IMG/VR virus record: IMGVR_UViG_3300031994_000009
Length of the DNA: 64,000 nucleotides
Source of the DNA: a virus
Lineage: Duplodnaviria > Caudoviricetes
Direction: 5' to 3' (one strand)
This document shows positions 19,903-29,000 of this stretch, piece after piece; within the stretch, counting starts at the first letter, position 1; each line of letters starts with the position of its first letter. A program made the translations under genes and the position numbers. The notes beneath the pieces are model-generated. The model was not told where the DNA came from, did no database searches, and was given only the letters and a program-made list of their open reading frames with translations.

Positions 19903-21429
19903 ATGGAAACCATATGGACACGGGAAAAGTGTGCAGAGGAGGCGGCTAAGTATAAAACCAGAACAGAATTTTGCAAAGGAAGTTGCACAGCATATGAACA
20001 TGCGTTAGAAAACGGATGGATAGAAGATTATGACTGGATGGAGAAAAAGACGGGAATTTATAAAGATCCAGACAAATGTAGAGAGGCTGCGTCGCAATAT
20101 AAAACTCGAACAGAATTTTTAAGAGGAAATAGAGCCGCATATAGAAGTGCTCGGAATAATGGTTGGTTGGATAGTTATGATTGGATGCCAAAACCAAATA
20201 TAAAGAAAAGAACTACATGGAACGAAGATACATGCAGAGAAGCTGCGGTTTTATGCAAAAACGCTAAAGATTTTTCTAACTCTTTTCCAGCAGCTTATGA
20301 AAAGGCTGTGTATTGTGGATGGATAGACAGTTATACATGGTTTGAACGGCCTCAAGTACATAATAAGAAATGGGATGAAGATACGTGTAGAGAAGCTGCT
20401 TTACAATGTAAAAGTAGAACAGAATTTAAAAAGAAATTTCATAGAGCATATGAGTTTGCTTTCAAAAATAAATTTATAAACACATATCATTGGTTCGAAG
20501 AATATATGAAACCAGATGGTTGGTGGGATGATCCAGACCATGTAAGGGAAGAATCAAAAAGATATTTTTCAATAACGGATTTTGCAAAGGGTTCTCAGAT
20601 AGCTTATAAAAATGCTGTTCGTAATGGTTGGATAGACGAATATACTTGGCTGACACGTAGTAAAAAATCGAAGGGGTGGTGGAATGATTATGATAAATGT
20701 TTTAATGCTGCCAAGTTATATAGTAATGAATATCAAATGAAAAAACATTCTATAACTGCTTATAAATATGCCAAAGAAAACGGTTGGATAAAAGATTATT
20801 ATTGGTTTGAACCAGTAAAGGTGCGTTATTCACGAGGATATTGGAACGATAAAGAACGTGTAACTGAAGTTGCAAAAGGGTTTATCACTAGAGGTGATTT
20901 TCAAAAGAAATATCCATCTGCATATAAGTATGCGATTAAAAATGGTTGGATGGATGATTTTTATTGGTTCGGTGAAAAAATTGATTTAAAAAACGGAAAA
21001 ATAGATCAAGTTTATGCTTATGAATTTGTGAATGAACATGCCGTTTATGTGGGTAGAACCTTAATGCAAAGAGCCAAGACAAGAGATTGGGAACATATTT
21101 TTAAAGATAAAGATGCTGTATATAATTTTGCGAAAGAACATGACATTGCTATCCCAGAGATGAAAGTTCTTGAGGATAATCTTACATTAGAAGATGGAAT
21201 AAGGCTTGAAGGCGTTTATGTTGAAAAATATAGACAGGAAGGTTGGCAGATTTTAAATAGAGCAAAAACTGGTTCTATTGGAGGTCTTTTCAATCGATTG
21301 ACGAAAAAGAAGTGCATTGAGAAATCAAAATTATGTTCATCGATCGAAGAGTTTAAGAGAAAATATCCAGGTGAACATAGAAAGTCTAAGGAAAAGGGAT
21401 GGATCGATCAATTTAATTGGCTCAAATAA
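19903..21429 (+). CDS. GIY-YIG family endonuclease with tandem ~50-aa Trp-rich repeats (putative homing endonuclease)
   Basis: About 7 N-terminal W..E.C...A...F....AY..A..NGW...Y.W repeats plus one C-terminal; VYAYEF-x6-VYVGRT...R..EH GIY-YIG core; alternative start 19876. Confidence 0.75.
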   Translation: METIWTREKCAEEAAKYKTRTEFCKGSCTAYEHALENGWIEDYDWMEKKTGIYKDPDKCREAASQYKTRTEFLRGNRAAYRSARNNGWLDSYDWMPKPNIKKRTTWNEDTCREAAVLCKNAKDFSNSFPAAYEKAVYCGWIDSYTWFERPQVHNKKWDEDTCREAALQCKSRTEFKKKFHRAYEFAFKNKFINTYHWFEEYMKPDGWWDDPDHVREESKRYFSITDFAKGSQIAYKNAVRNGWIDEYTWLTRSKKSKGWWNDYDKCFNAAKLYSNEYQMKKHSITAYKYAKENGWIKDYYWFEPVKVRYSRGYWNDKERVTEVAKGFITRGDFQKKYPSAYKYAIKNGWMDDFYWFGEKIDLKNGKIDQVYAYEFVNEHAVYVGRTLMQRAKTRDWEHIFKDKDAVYNFAKEHDIAIPEMKVLEDNLTLEDGIRLEGVYVEKYRQEGWQILNRAKTGSIGGLFNRLTKKKCIEKSKLCSSIEEFKRKYPGEHRKSKEKGWIDQFNWLK

Positions 21430-21455
21430 TAGATCTTTTTCGATATGATTTTATT

Positions 21456-21468
21456 TCCGTATATTTGC
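21456..21468 (+). promoter_or_regulatory. Promoter TCCGTATATTTGC (helicase)
   Basis: Exact motif copy upstream of 21491. Confidence 0.8.
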
Positions 21469-21490
21469 AGATGGAAAAATATCAAGATAA

Positions 21491-23044
21491 ATGACTTCTA
21501 ATTCTATATTACAGAATGTATATTATCACTATGCATTATCAAACCCTTTAATCGCGGAGAAAATAAATCCAGAGTTCTTTTCTTCTAAGATATTACAATC
21601 GGCTTTTAGATTAGCAAAGGATTATGTGATAAAATATAGATCGGCTCCTACATTGGAACAGATGAAGGAGCTTGTCCTTATTAATAATATGCAGGAGCAA
21701 GTTACTGATGACTTGCTTTCTATTTTATATTCTCAGAAATCAATGCTTGATATGTATACACCAGACTGGTTATATGATCAAGTGACTAACTGGGGAATAT
21801 TTGAACAAATGAAGGCAGCTCTTGTTTCTGCAGCGGCGTATTTGAAGTTGAATCAGGAATCTGCCGAGAATGGAAATGCTCGTGAGGTTGTTGAACATAT
21901 GAAAACGATCTTCAACCAATCTTGTATTTTAGATTTTGATCAAGAAATTTCTTATGGGTCAGATTTCTGGGATGCGGAATCTCATGTTCAGAAAAAGCTT
22001 GTTAGATCGTCTCTTGGTTATCCATATCTTGATTGGTGTTTGAATGGTGGTGTTTTTGAGGGAAGTTTGACATGCATAGCTGGAGCTATGAAGAGTGGAA
22101 AATCAAATTTGATGCAAAATATTTGTGTATCTTCCGTTTTAAGAGGGGAAAACTGTGTATATATTAGTTTGGAGCTTCCAGAAGAGATGGTAATATCAAG
22201 GATGGGTGCCAACATTTTTAATATTGATTCATTGGAATATGAAAAATATTCCAATGATACTATTTCGTTCAAAGAGAGGATCAATCAATTTAAAAAATCA
22301 CAGCTTATTAAACCAGGTGCATTGATCGTTAAGGAAGCACCAACATCGTCTTGGACACCTATAGATGTCGAAACTTATGTTTTAAGTCTAGAGGAAGAAA
22401 TGGGAATCCATTTCAAGAATGTTTTTGTTGATTATATCAATATTCTGAATACTGGAAAATCTGAAAACACATATTTAATAATTAAACGTCTGGCGGAACA
22501 GTTGCGTCAGATTGCTGGAAAAAACCATTGGGCGGTTATAACGGCGACACAATTGAACCGATCGGCGTTCGAAGCGAGTGATGTTAATCCGAGCCAAGTT
22601 GCTGAGTCTGTGGGACTTGGGGCAACTGTCGACGCGATGTTTGCCCTTATAGCCGATCCCTTAATGGTTGCTCAAGGTAAAATGTATATAAAATGTTTGT
22701 ATGATCGTCTTGCACCAAGAGCCAATACTAAAAAGCTCTTTAATTGTGATATGAACCATCTTCGTATTACGGAGGATCCATCGGAAGGTATAATAGACAC
22801 TGCCCTTGTCAGCCCGATACAGACCCAGCAGAAGTTCATAAAGGGTGCTGCCGAGATGAGGAGCAAGAACCAGCAGCAATTCCAGCCAGGTGCCTTGGAG
22901 AGGCCAGATGCTCCAGAGCCGACCACGTTTGTTCATTCTACAAACCTTGTTGATTCATCGGCATCTCCTGTTCCTAATACGTTCTCATCTCCGTTATTCA
23001 ATGTGAAGGGTGCTGGATTGTTCGACAATAAACCTACACAATAA
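21491..23044 (+). CDS. gp41: DnaB-like replicative helicase (T4 gp41-like)
   Basis: Walker A GAMKSGKS, YISLEL, FVDYINI, TATQLNR, AESVGL. Confidence 0.9.
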   Translation: MTSNSILQNVYYHYALSNPLIAEKINPEFFSSKILQSAFRLAKDYVIKYRSAPTLEQMKELVLINNMQEQVTDDLLSILYSQKSMLDMYTPDWLYDQVTNWGIFEQMKAALVSAAAYLKLNQESAENGNAREVVEHMKTIFNQSCILDFDQEISYGSDFWDAESHVQKKLVRSSLGYPYLDWCLNGGVFEGSLTCIAGAMKSGKSNLMQNICVSSVLRGENCVYISLELPEEMVISRMGANIFNIDSLEYEKYSNDTISFKERINQFKKSQLIKPGALIVKEAPTSSWTPIDVETYVLSLEEEMGIHFKNVFVDYINILNTGKSENTYLIIKRLAEQLRQIAGKNHWAVITATQLNRSAFEASDVNPSQVAESVGLGATVDAMFALIADPLMVAQGKMYIKCLYDRLAPRANTKKLFNCDMNHLRITEDPSEGIIDTALVSPIQTQQKFIKGAAEMRSKNQQQFQPGALERPDAPEPTTFVHSTNLVDSSASPVPNTFSSPLFNVKGAGLFDNKPTQ

Positions 23045-23253
23045 TGAAAAACACGAACGACATATATTCTTCATTAGGTTCTTTGTTTGAATCTCCTTTA
23101 GTGAAAGTAATGTTAGATCAAACAGTTGATCCATATCTTTTATGGGAACAGAGATCAAAAAGAAGCACAGAACCGATCGATCCGAGTCTTTTTTCGATTT
23201 ATGGCATCAACAAGTTCATTGAAACGATCGATCCTTTTATTTTAATTGATTGA
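23044..23253 (+). CDS. Small hypothetical protein
   Basis: TAATG coupling to helicase stop. Confidence 0.5.
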   Translation: MKNTNDIYSSLGSLFESPLVKVMLDQTVDPYLLWEQRSKRSTEPIDPSLFSIYGINKFIETIDPFILID

Positions 23254-23255
23254 AA

Positions 23256-23405
23256 ATGGAAAATAAAGATTTACTACAAGCATATAAAGTTATAACACAG
23301 ATCATGAGAGAAGACCAACTTTTCATGGACACTTCCTTCAGGAGAGTCCAGTCTTATCTGTCAAACAAGTTGTGTGACAGTCTTGTTGACGGAGGGACCA
23401 TTTAA
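23256..23405 (+). CDS. Small hypothetical protein (49 aa)
   Basis: ATG 23256 to TAA 23405 fills the gap; below the ORF-track cutoff. Confidence 0.45.
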   Translation: MENKDLLQAYKVITQIMREDQLFMDTSFRRVQSYLSNKLCDSLVDGGTI

Positions 23406-23424
23406 AACAAACGATTTTTTATAA

Positions 23425-23886
23425 ATGCAAGACAAGATAGGAAACAGCAATTATGACAATGTGGAGTACGGTGTAGAGAGGACTACACAGACCCCGATCC
23501 AGATCGATCCCTATGCAGAGGATATGTACGAGGAGGCCACGTCGGAGAACATAGAGGAGATCTATGTAAAGAGAAAGATGATGGACGTGATGAACGAGAT
23601 ATACGAGCAGTCTGAATATTTCTCCAAGTACGGTGGGGTGAAGCCGAAGAAAGTGGAGAGATCAGATCTGTTCGGTATATACTATTACTTTAAGGACGAG
23701 TTGCGTAAACGAAGTGAGTACACTATTGTCCAGATATTCATCACCATAGCTGAGTTTTTTGATTTGAATTACAGGACATTGTACAATGATATATTGACGT
23801 TGGAGGACAAGGTCGAGATATTGGACCATTTGTCTGACGAGTATGGACTGGAAAGGCAGTTCGCAAAGTCAAACCCTTTGTTTTAA
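23425..23886 (+). CDS. Hypothetical protein
   Basis: 153-aa ORF in the replication operon. Confidence 0.7.
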   Translation: MQDKIGNSNYDNVEYGVERTTQTPIQIDPYAEDMYEEATSENIEEIYVKRKMMDVMNEIYEQSEYFSKYGGVKPKKVERSDLFGIYYYFKDELRKRSEYTIVQIFITIAEFFDLNYRTLYNDILTLEDKVEILDHLSDEYGLERQFAKSNPLF

Positions 23887-23907
23887 AAAGAAAATTTTAT
23901 AATATAA

Positions 23908-25102
23908 ATGGAAAAAGGTTTCGATTATTACGGTTTAAACGAAGTTATGGGTGTTCCAGATCCTGATAGGACGGAACAATTGATAAATGCTCTTATAAAG
24001 AGGATAAAAATGGAGACGGAAACTTATATTTTCGCAAATACTCCTGCGTCAGGATTCTGGTTAATTAAACCTGAAGTATCCAATACGTTTTCACTTTCTG
24101 GTGATTTGCACATTCTTCCGTGGCTTGATGAGAACACAACATTTACGTATGAATATAATTTAAGAGGTGATGAATTTTCTGTTCAAGCAAAATTTCTTCC
24201 GATTTTAGATATTGCTGATGTTTATGTTTATGAGGATGGATCAAGAGTTATTAGGTATTCTAATATTGAATTAAAGTTTGCATTTGGAAAGACAGATTTG
24301 AAAGATCAAGCATTTATGAGAAAAGCGTGGAATGAAATAAAGACTATATTGCGGCATGAACTTGAACACGCATATGAGGAATTAATGAGAAATACGATGT
24401 TTCCTGTTAAATATGAGGGTTCGGATGACGATCCGTCTATAAAAGGTTCTGCGTTTATGATTGGTTATGATGACATAGCACAAAAAAATATAAAGATATC
24501 TTTTGAAATAGATGACGAAAAAAAATGAGGAAAAAAAGAAGAAATTGCAATATGAACTAGAGTTTTTAAGAGCTTTATATCTTATAAACAGACTTGAGGT
24601 AAAAGCAAATGTTGCAGGGTTCTATCAGCGATTAATTAATGAATATGATACAACAGGAGATATTACTTCAGATATTAACACATATAGTGAATATAAGAAT
24701 TATAAAAAATATAACGATCTAATAGAGAATTTTTCTGATAAAGAATTATTTGACAAATATAGAGATGATATTAATCTAATGTATGGTTCTGGTGTAACTG
24801 GTATAAGAAAATTACAACTTGCCATAAAAAGCAATGCAGACAGGTTTTTTAAAAAAACAGAAAAGTTATATAGAAAGTTGAAAGACATTGTAGATCACAA
24901 ATCAGAGAATGTTGATGTTAGACTTCACGATAAGGCAAAAAGAAATTATTATGAAAAGAAGATTGCGAGAAAGGGTTTTGATTTTAAGAATTTGGACGAA
25001 AACGAAAGAATAATTATGGATGCTGTTGCGAGTCACTATTTGATAACAGAAGCTGATGAATATCTTTCTTTTGTTACGTTTATTTTTAATTTTGCAAATT
25101 GA
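23908..25102 (+). CDS. HExxH zincin-like protein split by a frameshift at an A8 run (ORFs 23908-24528 and 24512-25102)
   Basis: ILRHELEHAYE in ORF1, EVKAN in ORF2; removing one A from 24518-24525 fuses the frames. Confidence 0.6.
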
Positions 25103-25114
25103 TAGTATGTGATT

Positions 25115-26251
25115 ATGTCAAAGATAACAGAAATAAGAGAGGACATAAACCAAGTCGTTTTCATATCCGACGTGCATTTCGGGATAAGGAACGGAACGAT
25201 CGAATGGCTTGAGAACCAAAGATCGTATTTCAAGGAGTTTTTCATACCTTTGCTGAAGCAGCAGAAGAAGCAGAAGCAGAAACCATGTGTGGTTGTTGCT
25301 GGAGATTACTTCGACAATAGGCAGAATGTCGACATAGCAGTACTGAACACAGCGATCGACATCATGGCGGAAATGGCTTCCGTTTGTCCAGTCTATGTCA
25401 TGATAGGGAACCATGACATATACAAGAAATCCGATACAGACATCACGTCGCTTCGCCCTATGATTGACATGAAGAACGTAACATTGATCTATGACAGGAT
25501 GGAACTTGAGATTAAGGGAGGAAAGAGATTCTTGCTTGTGTCGTGGGTCGGTGACATGAAGAAGGAGAACAAGATTATTACGGACAACAAGGATAAGTTC
25601 GACTATCTGGTTTTCCATACGGAGTTGGCTGGAATGACTTACGCGAACAACAGGCCAATCATTAACGGGTTGCAGATCGATCTGTGTGACGACAATTGCA
25701 GGATTCTGTCTGGACACATCCATAAGCGTCAGGAGACAAAGAAGGGTTTGTATTTCGGATCCCCGTATCAGATGGAACGATCTGATATAGGAGACCAGAA
25801 GGGAATCTATATCTTTACATTGGAAGGTGAGAACATGACAAGGACTTTTGTCGAGAATAACTATTCTCCAAAGTTCCTTTGCGTGAGGTTCGGTGATATT
25901 GGAAGGAATCCTGAGAAGTGGAAGGATGTTGTTGCCAACAACTATGTAGATATTGTTTTCACGGAAGATGAGACTGCAAAAGTGAACGTGAATAATTTCC
26001 TTGATGACATTCAGGTCTATGGGCCTAAGCACATAGAGTTGCAGGTCGAGAAAAGGAAAGTCGATCTTCAGGAAGGTGTTGTGTTTTTTGACGACGCTGG
26101 AAACTTTGTTGACATGACTGTGAAACCTGATGCTACGATCGAGGAGATTTTCGATAAGAGGGTTGACCAGATGAATCTGAAGAAGGATGAGATTGAGGAC
26201 ATCAAGAAGATGAACGAGGAATATTTGAAAAAAGCCGCAGAGGAATTGTAA
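25115..26251 (+). CDS. gp47: Mre11/SbcD-like nuclease (T4 gp47-like)
   Basis: SDVHFG, GDYFD, GNHD, GHIH metallophosphoesterase motifs. Confidence 0.9.
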   Translation: MSKITEIREDINQVVFISDVHFGIRNGTIEWLENQRSYFKEFFIPLLKQQKKQKQKPCVVVAGDYFDNRQNVDIAVLNTAIDIMAEMASVCPVYVMIGNHDIYKKSDTDITSLRPMIDMKNVTLIYDRMELEIKGGKRFLLVSWVGDMKKENKIITDNKDKFDYLVFHTELAGMTYANNRPIINGLQIDLCDDNCRILSGHIHKRQETKKGLYFGSPYQMERSDIGDQKGIYIFTLEGENMTRTFVENNYSPKFLCVRFGDIGRNPEKWKDVVANNYVDIVFTEDETAKVNVNNFLDDIQVYGPKHIELQVEKRKVDLQEGVVFFDDAGNFVDMTVKPDATIEEIFDKRVDQMNLKKDEIEDIKKMNEEYLKKAAEEL

Positions 26252-26532
26252 TGGAAGAAATTTACGAAAATATCTTGCTTAACAAATCAAATTGGGATGA
26301 TGACAATCAATGTTTTATTGTTCGAAATGATGACGTTAATAATGGATTAAAAAATCTTGGCTATAAAGAGTATGTTTTTGGAGGATATCTTTATGTTTAT
26401 TCGAAGAAAGATTTAAGTTCCATTGAAATAAAAGAATATGAGAGGGAAGCAAAATCTTTTTTGGACAACACTGTTGATGTGATAACAAAAGAAATCAATA
26501 AAAGAATTCTTGATAAAATATTAAAAAGATAA
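26251..26532 (+). CDS. Hypothetical protein
   Basis: 93-aa ORF coupled to the gp47 stop. Confidence 0.6.
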   Translation: MEEIYENILLNKSNWDDDNQCFIVRNDDVNNGLKNLGYKEYVFGGYLYVYSKKDLSSIEIKEYEREAKSFLDNTVDVITKEINKRILDKILKR

Positions 26533-26542
26533 ACTATTAATT

Positions 26543-26794
26543 ATGAGTATTTTAGATTTTCAGGAAAAATATTGTAATCTTAATCAGTTTGCTGGATGCA
26601 AGCAGTTGACATGGGACACGATATCTAATTTGGAGGATGATCTTGAAGACTGTTACGAAGATCCAAAATTTTTGAATTGTGTGATTGGAGCAACACAATA
26701 TCGTATAGATACAATATTGGAAATCATGAAAGAGGATCTTCCAGATGTGGAATATCTGAAAACTGTTAGTAATGCTCTTAACGAATTAAAGTAA
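26543..26794 (+). CDS. Hypothetical protein
   Basis: 83-aa ORF. Confidence 0.6.
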   Translation: MSILDFQEKYCNLNQFAGCKQLTWDTISNLEDDLEDCYEDPKFLNCVIGATQYRIDTILEIMKEDLPDVEYLKTVSNALNELK

Positions 26795-26815
26795 ATTTTT
26801 CAATATAAGAAATTA

Positions 26816-26828
26816 TCCGTATATTTGC
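26816..26828 (+). promoter_or_regulatory. Promoter TCCGTATATTTGC
   Basis: Exact motif copy upstream of 26845. Confidence 0.8.
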
Positions 26829-26844
26829 AGAAAGTTTAAACAAG

Positions 26845-28272
26845 GTGTCAAACTATATCAAGAAGATGATCAGGCAGCATTGTTCCCCTACATTGACTTT
26901 TTATCTTGATTACAAGGTGTCTGATCTTCCAGAAAGCGTCAAATCTAGCTTGAAGCAATATAACCCTACGCTGTTCGAAAAGTGTTTGGCTAACGGTGCT
27001 AATCTCATGATATTCCTCCGTCTGGATTTTCTGCAACACTTCGACATAAGAAGGGGGAAGGGTCCTGAGAAGTACACAATCGGCCTTGCCAGAATAGCAA
27101 TAGGAGAACTCGGATACTTCAAAAACGTCAACAACCAGAGTGACATTGCCCTCCTCAAACAGCTTGTCCTGTTCGCTTATAATAACGATGAAATCAACAA
27201 GACTCTCGATTCTAACTTAAACGGCATGAATTTCAATGCGTTGAAGAAAGAACTCAATGACAAGCGAAGGGAGCATAATAAGCTGGTTCAGCAGCAATTG
27301 TCTGGAAAGGTCAAGATGAATAAAAAATACAACGTCGTTGCGATAAATTCATCGAATGAGGCGGAGAAGTACGGCAAATACACAAGCTGGTGTGTTACGC
27401 ACGGTAGCTATGATTCATATGCCAAGTGCGGATCACGGTTCTATTTCTGCCTTGAGGACGGGTTCGAGAGTGTAAAGGAGGAAGTCGGAGAAGGCTGTCC
27501 TCTGGATAATTATGGCTTGAGCATGGTTTCTGTCCTGATAGATATTGATGGAGAGCCGACTATCATCACCACTAGGTGGAACCACGAACATGATGGCGAG
27601 AACAACGAATTGTTGCACACTGCTGAACAGGTACAGAACGTCCTCGGCATACCGTTCTACGAAACGTTTAAACCATACACAAGGGATGAACTCAAGGCCA
27701 TGGGTATTGTTTCGTTCGACGAAGCCAAGGAACGTCTGGAAAATGGTGAAAATCCAAAGGATATATTCGAAACTGTTACGGATTTCAAAGAAGGTTTTGC
27801 ACGTGTCAAATTAAACGGGAAATGGAACTTCATAAACAAGGAAGGAAAAATTCTGTCTGATAAATGGTTTGATTACGTTTATGATTTCCACGAAGGTTTT
27901 GCAGGTTTCATGTTAAACGGGAAATGGAACTTCATAAACAAGGAAGGAAAAATTCTGTTTGATAAATGGTTTGATGCCGCTGTTCATTTTAGAGAAGGTT
28001 TTGCGTGTGTTGAATTAAACTTGAAATATAATTACATAAACAAGGAAGGGAAAATTCTGTCTGATAAATGGTTTGATGACACTTATAATTTCAAAGATTG
28101 TTTTGCACGTGTCAAATTAAACGGGAAATGGAACTTCATAAACAAGGAAGGAAAAATTCTGTCTGATAAATGGTTTGATGAAGTTTGTGATTTTGAAGAT
28201 GGTTTTGGTCGTGTTATTTTAGATGGAAAACGTTATATCATAGATATCAATGGAAATTTAAAACAAACATAA
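26845..28272 (+). CDS. WG-repeat (KWG-like) protein with N-terminal YGxxTxWCxT domain
   Basis: EGFARVKLNGKWNFINKEGKILSDKWFD repeats; KYGKYTSWCVT motif. Confidence 0.75.
   Translation: MSNYIKKMIRQHCSPTLTFYLDYKVSDLPESVKSSLKQYNPTLFEKCLANGANLMIFLRLDFLQHFDIRRGKGPEKYTIGLARIAIGELGYFKNVNNQSDIALLKQLVLFAYNNDEINKTLDSNLNGMNFNALKKELNDKRREHNKLVQQQLSGKVKMNKKYNVVAINSSNEAEKYGKYTSWCVTHGSYDSYAKCGSRFYFCLEDGFESVKEEVGEGCPLDNYGLSMVSVLIDIDGEPTIITTRWNHEHDGENNELLHTAEQVQNVLGIPFYETFKPYTRDELKAMGIVSFDEAKERLENGENPKDIFETVTDFKEGFARVKLNGKWNFINKEGKILSDKWFDYVYDFHEGFAGFMLNGKWNFINKEGKILFDKWFDAAVHFREGFACVELNLKYNYINKEGKILSDKWFDDTYNFKDCFARVKLNGKWNFINKEGKILSDKWFDEVCDFEDGFGRVILDGKRYIIDINGNLKQT
27790..28260 (+). repeat. 102-nt (34-aa) coding tandem repeat, about 4.5 copies
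   Basis: Unit starts at 27790, 27892, 27994, 28096, 28198. Confidence 0.9.
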
Positions 28273-28279
28273 TTAAAAA

Positions 28280-28612
28280 ATGGAAAAGAAAGAACAAAGA
28301 TGCAAGACTCTTTTTGTCAAAATTAAAGACAAAAACTTTATCGAAACATTGATTGAAAATGGAGTTGATGAAAATAGAGCGAAGGGTTTTCAGGAAATGA
28401 TGATTTTTTTGGAATCTTTTTATGTAAAAGATGGAGAGTGGGATATTGATAAACTTACAGCAAAGTTGCCATTACAAATAGATATAAACAAAAGACGAGA
28501 ACTCGTGCGTACTGGAAAGGTTGAAACAGAAGGCTCTGTTTATGTTTTGGTTGATGGAAATTGCTCAATGAGTTTAGAGGATTGGAATAAGATTTCAAAC
28601 GTAAAGGATTAA
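28280..28612 (+). CDS. Hypothetical protein
   Basis: 110-aa ORF. Confidence 0.6.
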   Translation: MEKKEQRCKTLFVKIKDKNFIETLIENGVDENRAKGFQEMMIFLESFYVKDGEWDIDKLTAKLPLQIDINKRRELVRTGKVETEGSVYVLVDGNCSMSLEDWNKISNVKD

Positions 28613-28616
28613 AGAA

Positions 28617-29000
28617 ATGAAAAGTAGAGATGAATTAAAGGAAATTTATAAATTTATTTTGGATCAAATAAATTTTGATCTATGGATAGATAATCCATCG
28701 GATTTAAATCAATTGTTTAATCTTATTTTTTGGGTGAATTATTGCGATGAATATAGAGATTTTGTATATAAGTCGTGTAAAGAAGCAAACGAAAAATATG
28801 GAGAAACTATCTTTCCATCTAATATGATTGATTATATGGATCCAGATGGGTTGTTTGAAGATTATTTGAATGATAGATTTGGTCAAGGTTTACAAACAAC
28901 ATTACTTGAAATTGATGATGGATTAAAAAGTCCGTTATTGTGTCGTTCAAAACTTTTATCGCTTGATTTTACTAAATATGTTACTGATCGTGATTTTTAA
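28617..29000 (+). CDS. Hypothetical protein
   Basis: 127-aa ORF coupled to the gp46 start. Confidence 0.6.
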   Translation: MKSRDELKEIYKFILDQINFDLWIDNPSDLNQLFNLIFWVNYCDEYRDFVYKSCKEANEKYGETIFPSNMIDYMDPDGLFEDYLNDRFGQGLQTTLLEIDDGLKSPLLCRSKLLSLDFTKYVTDRDF

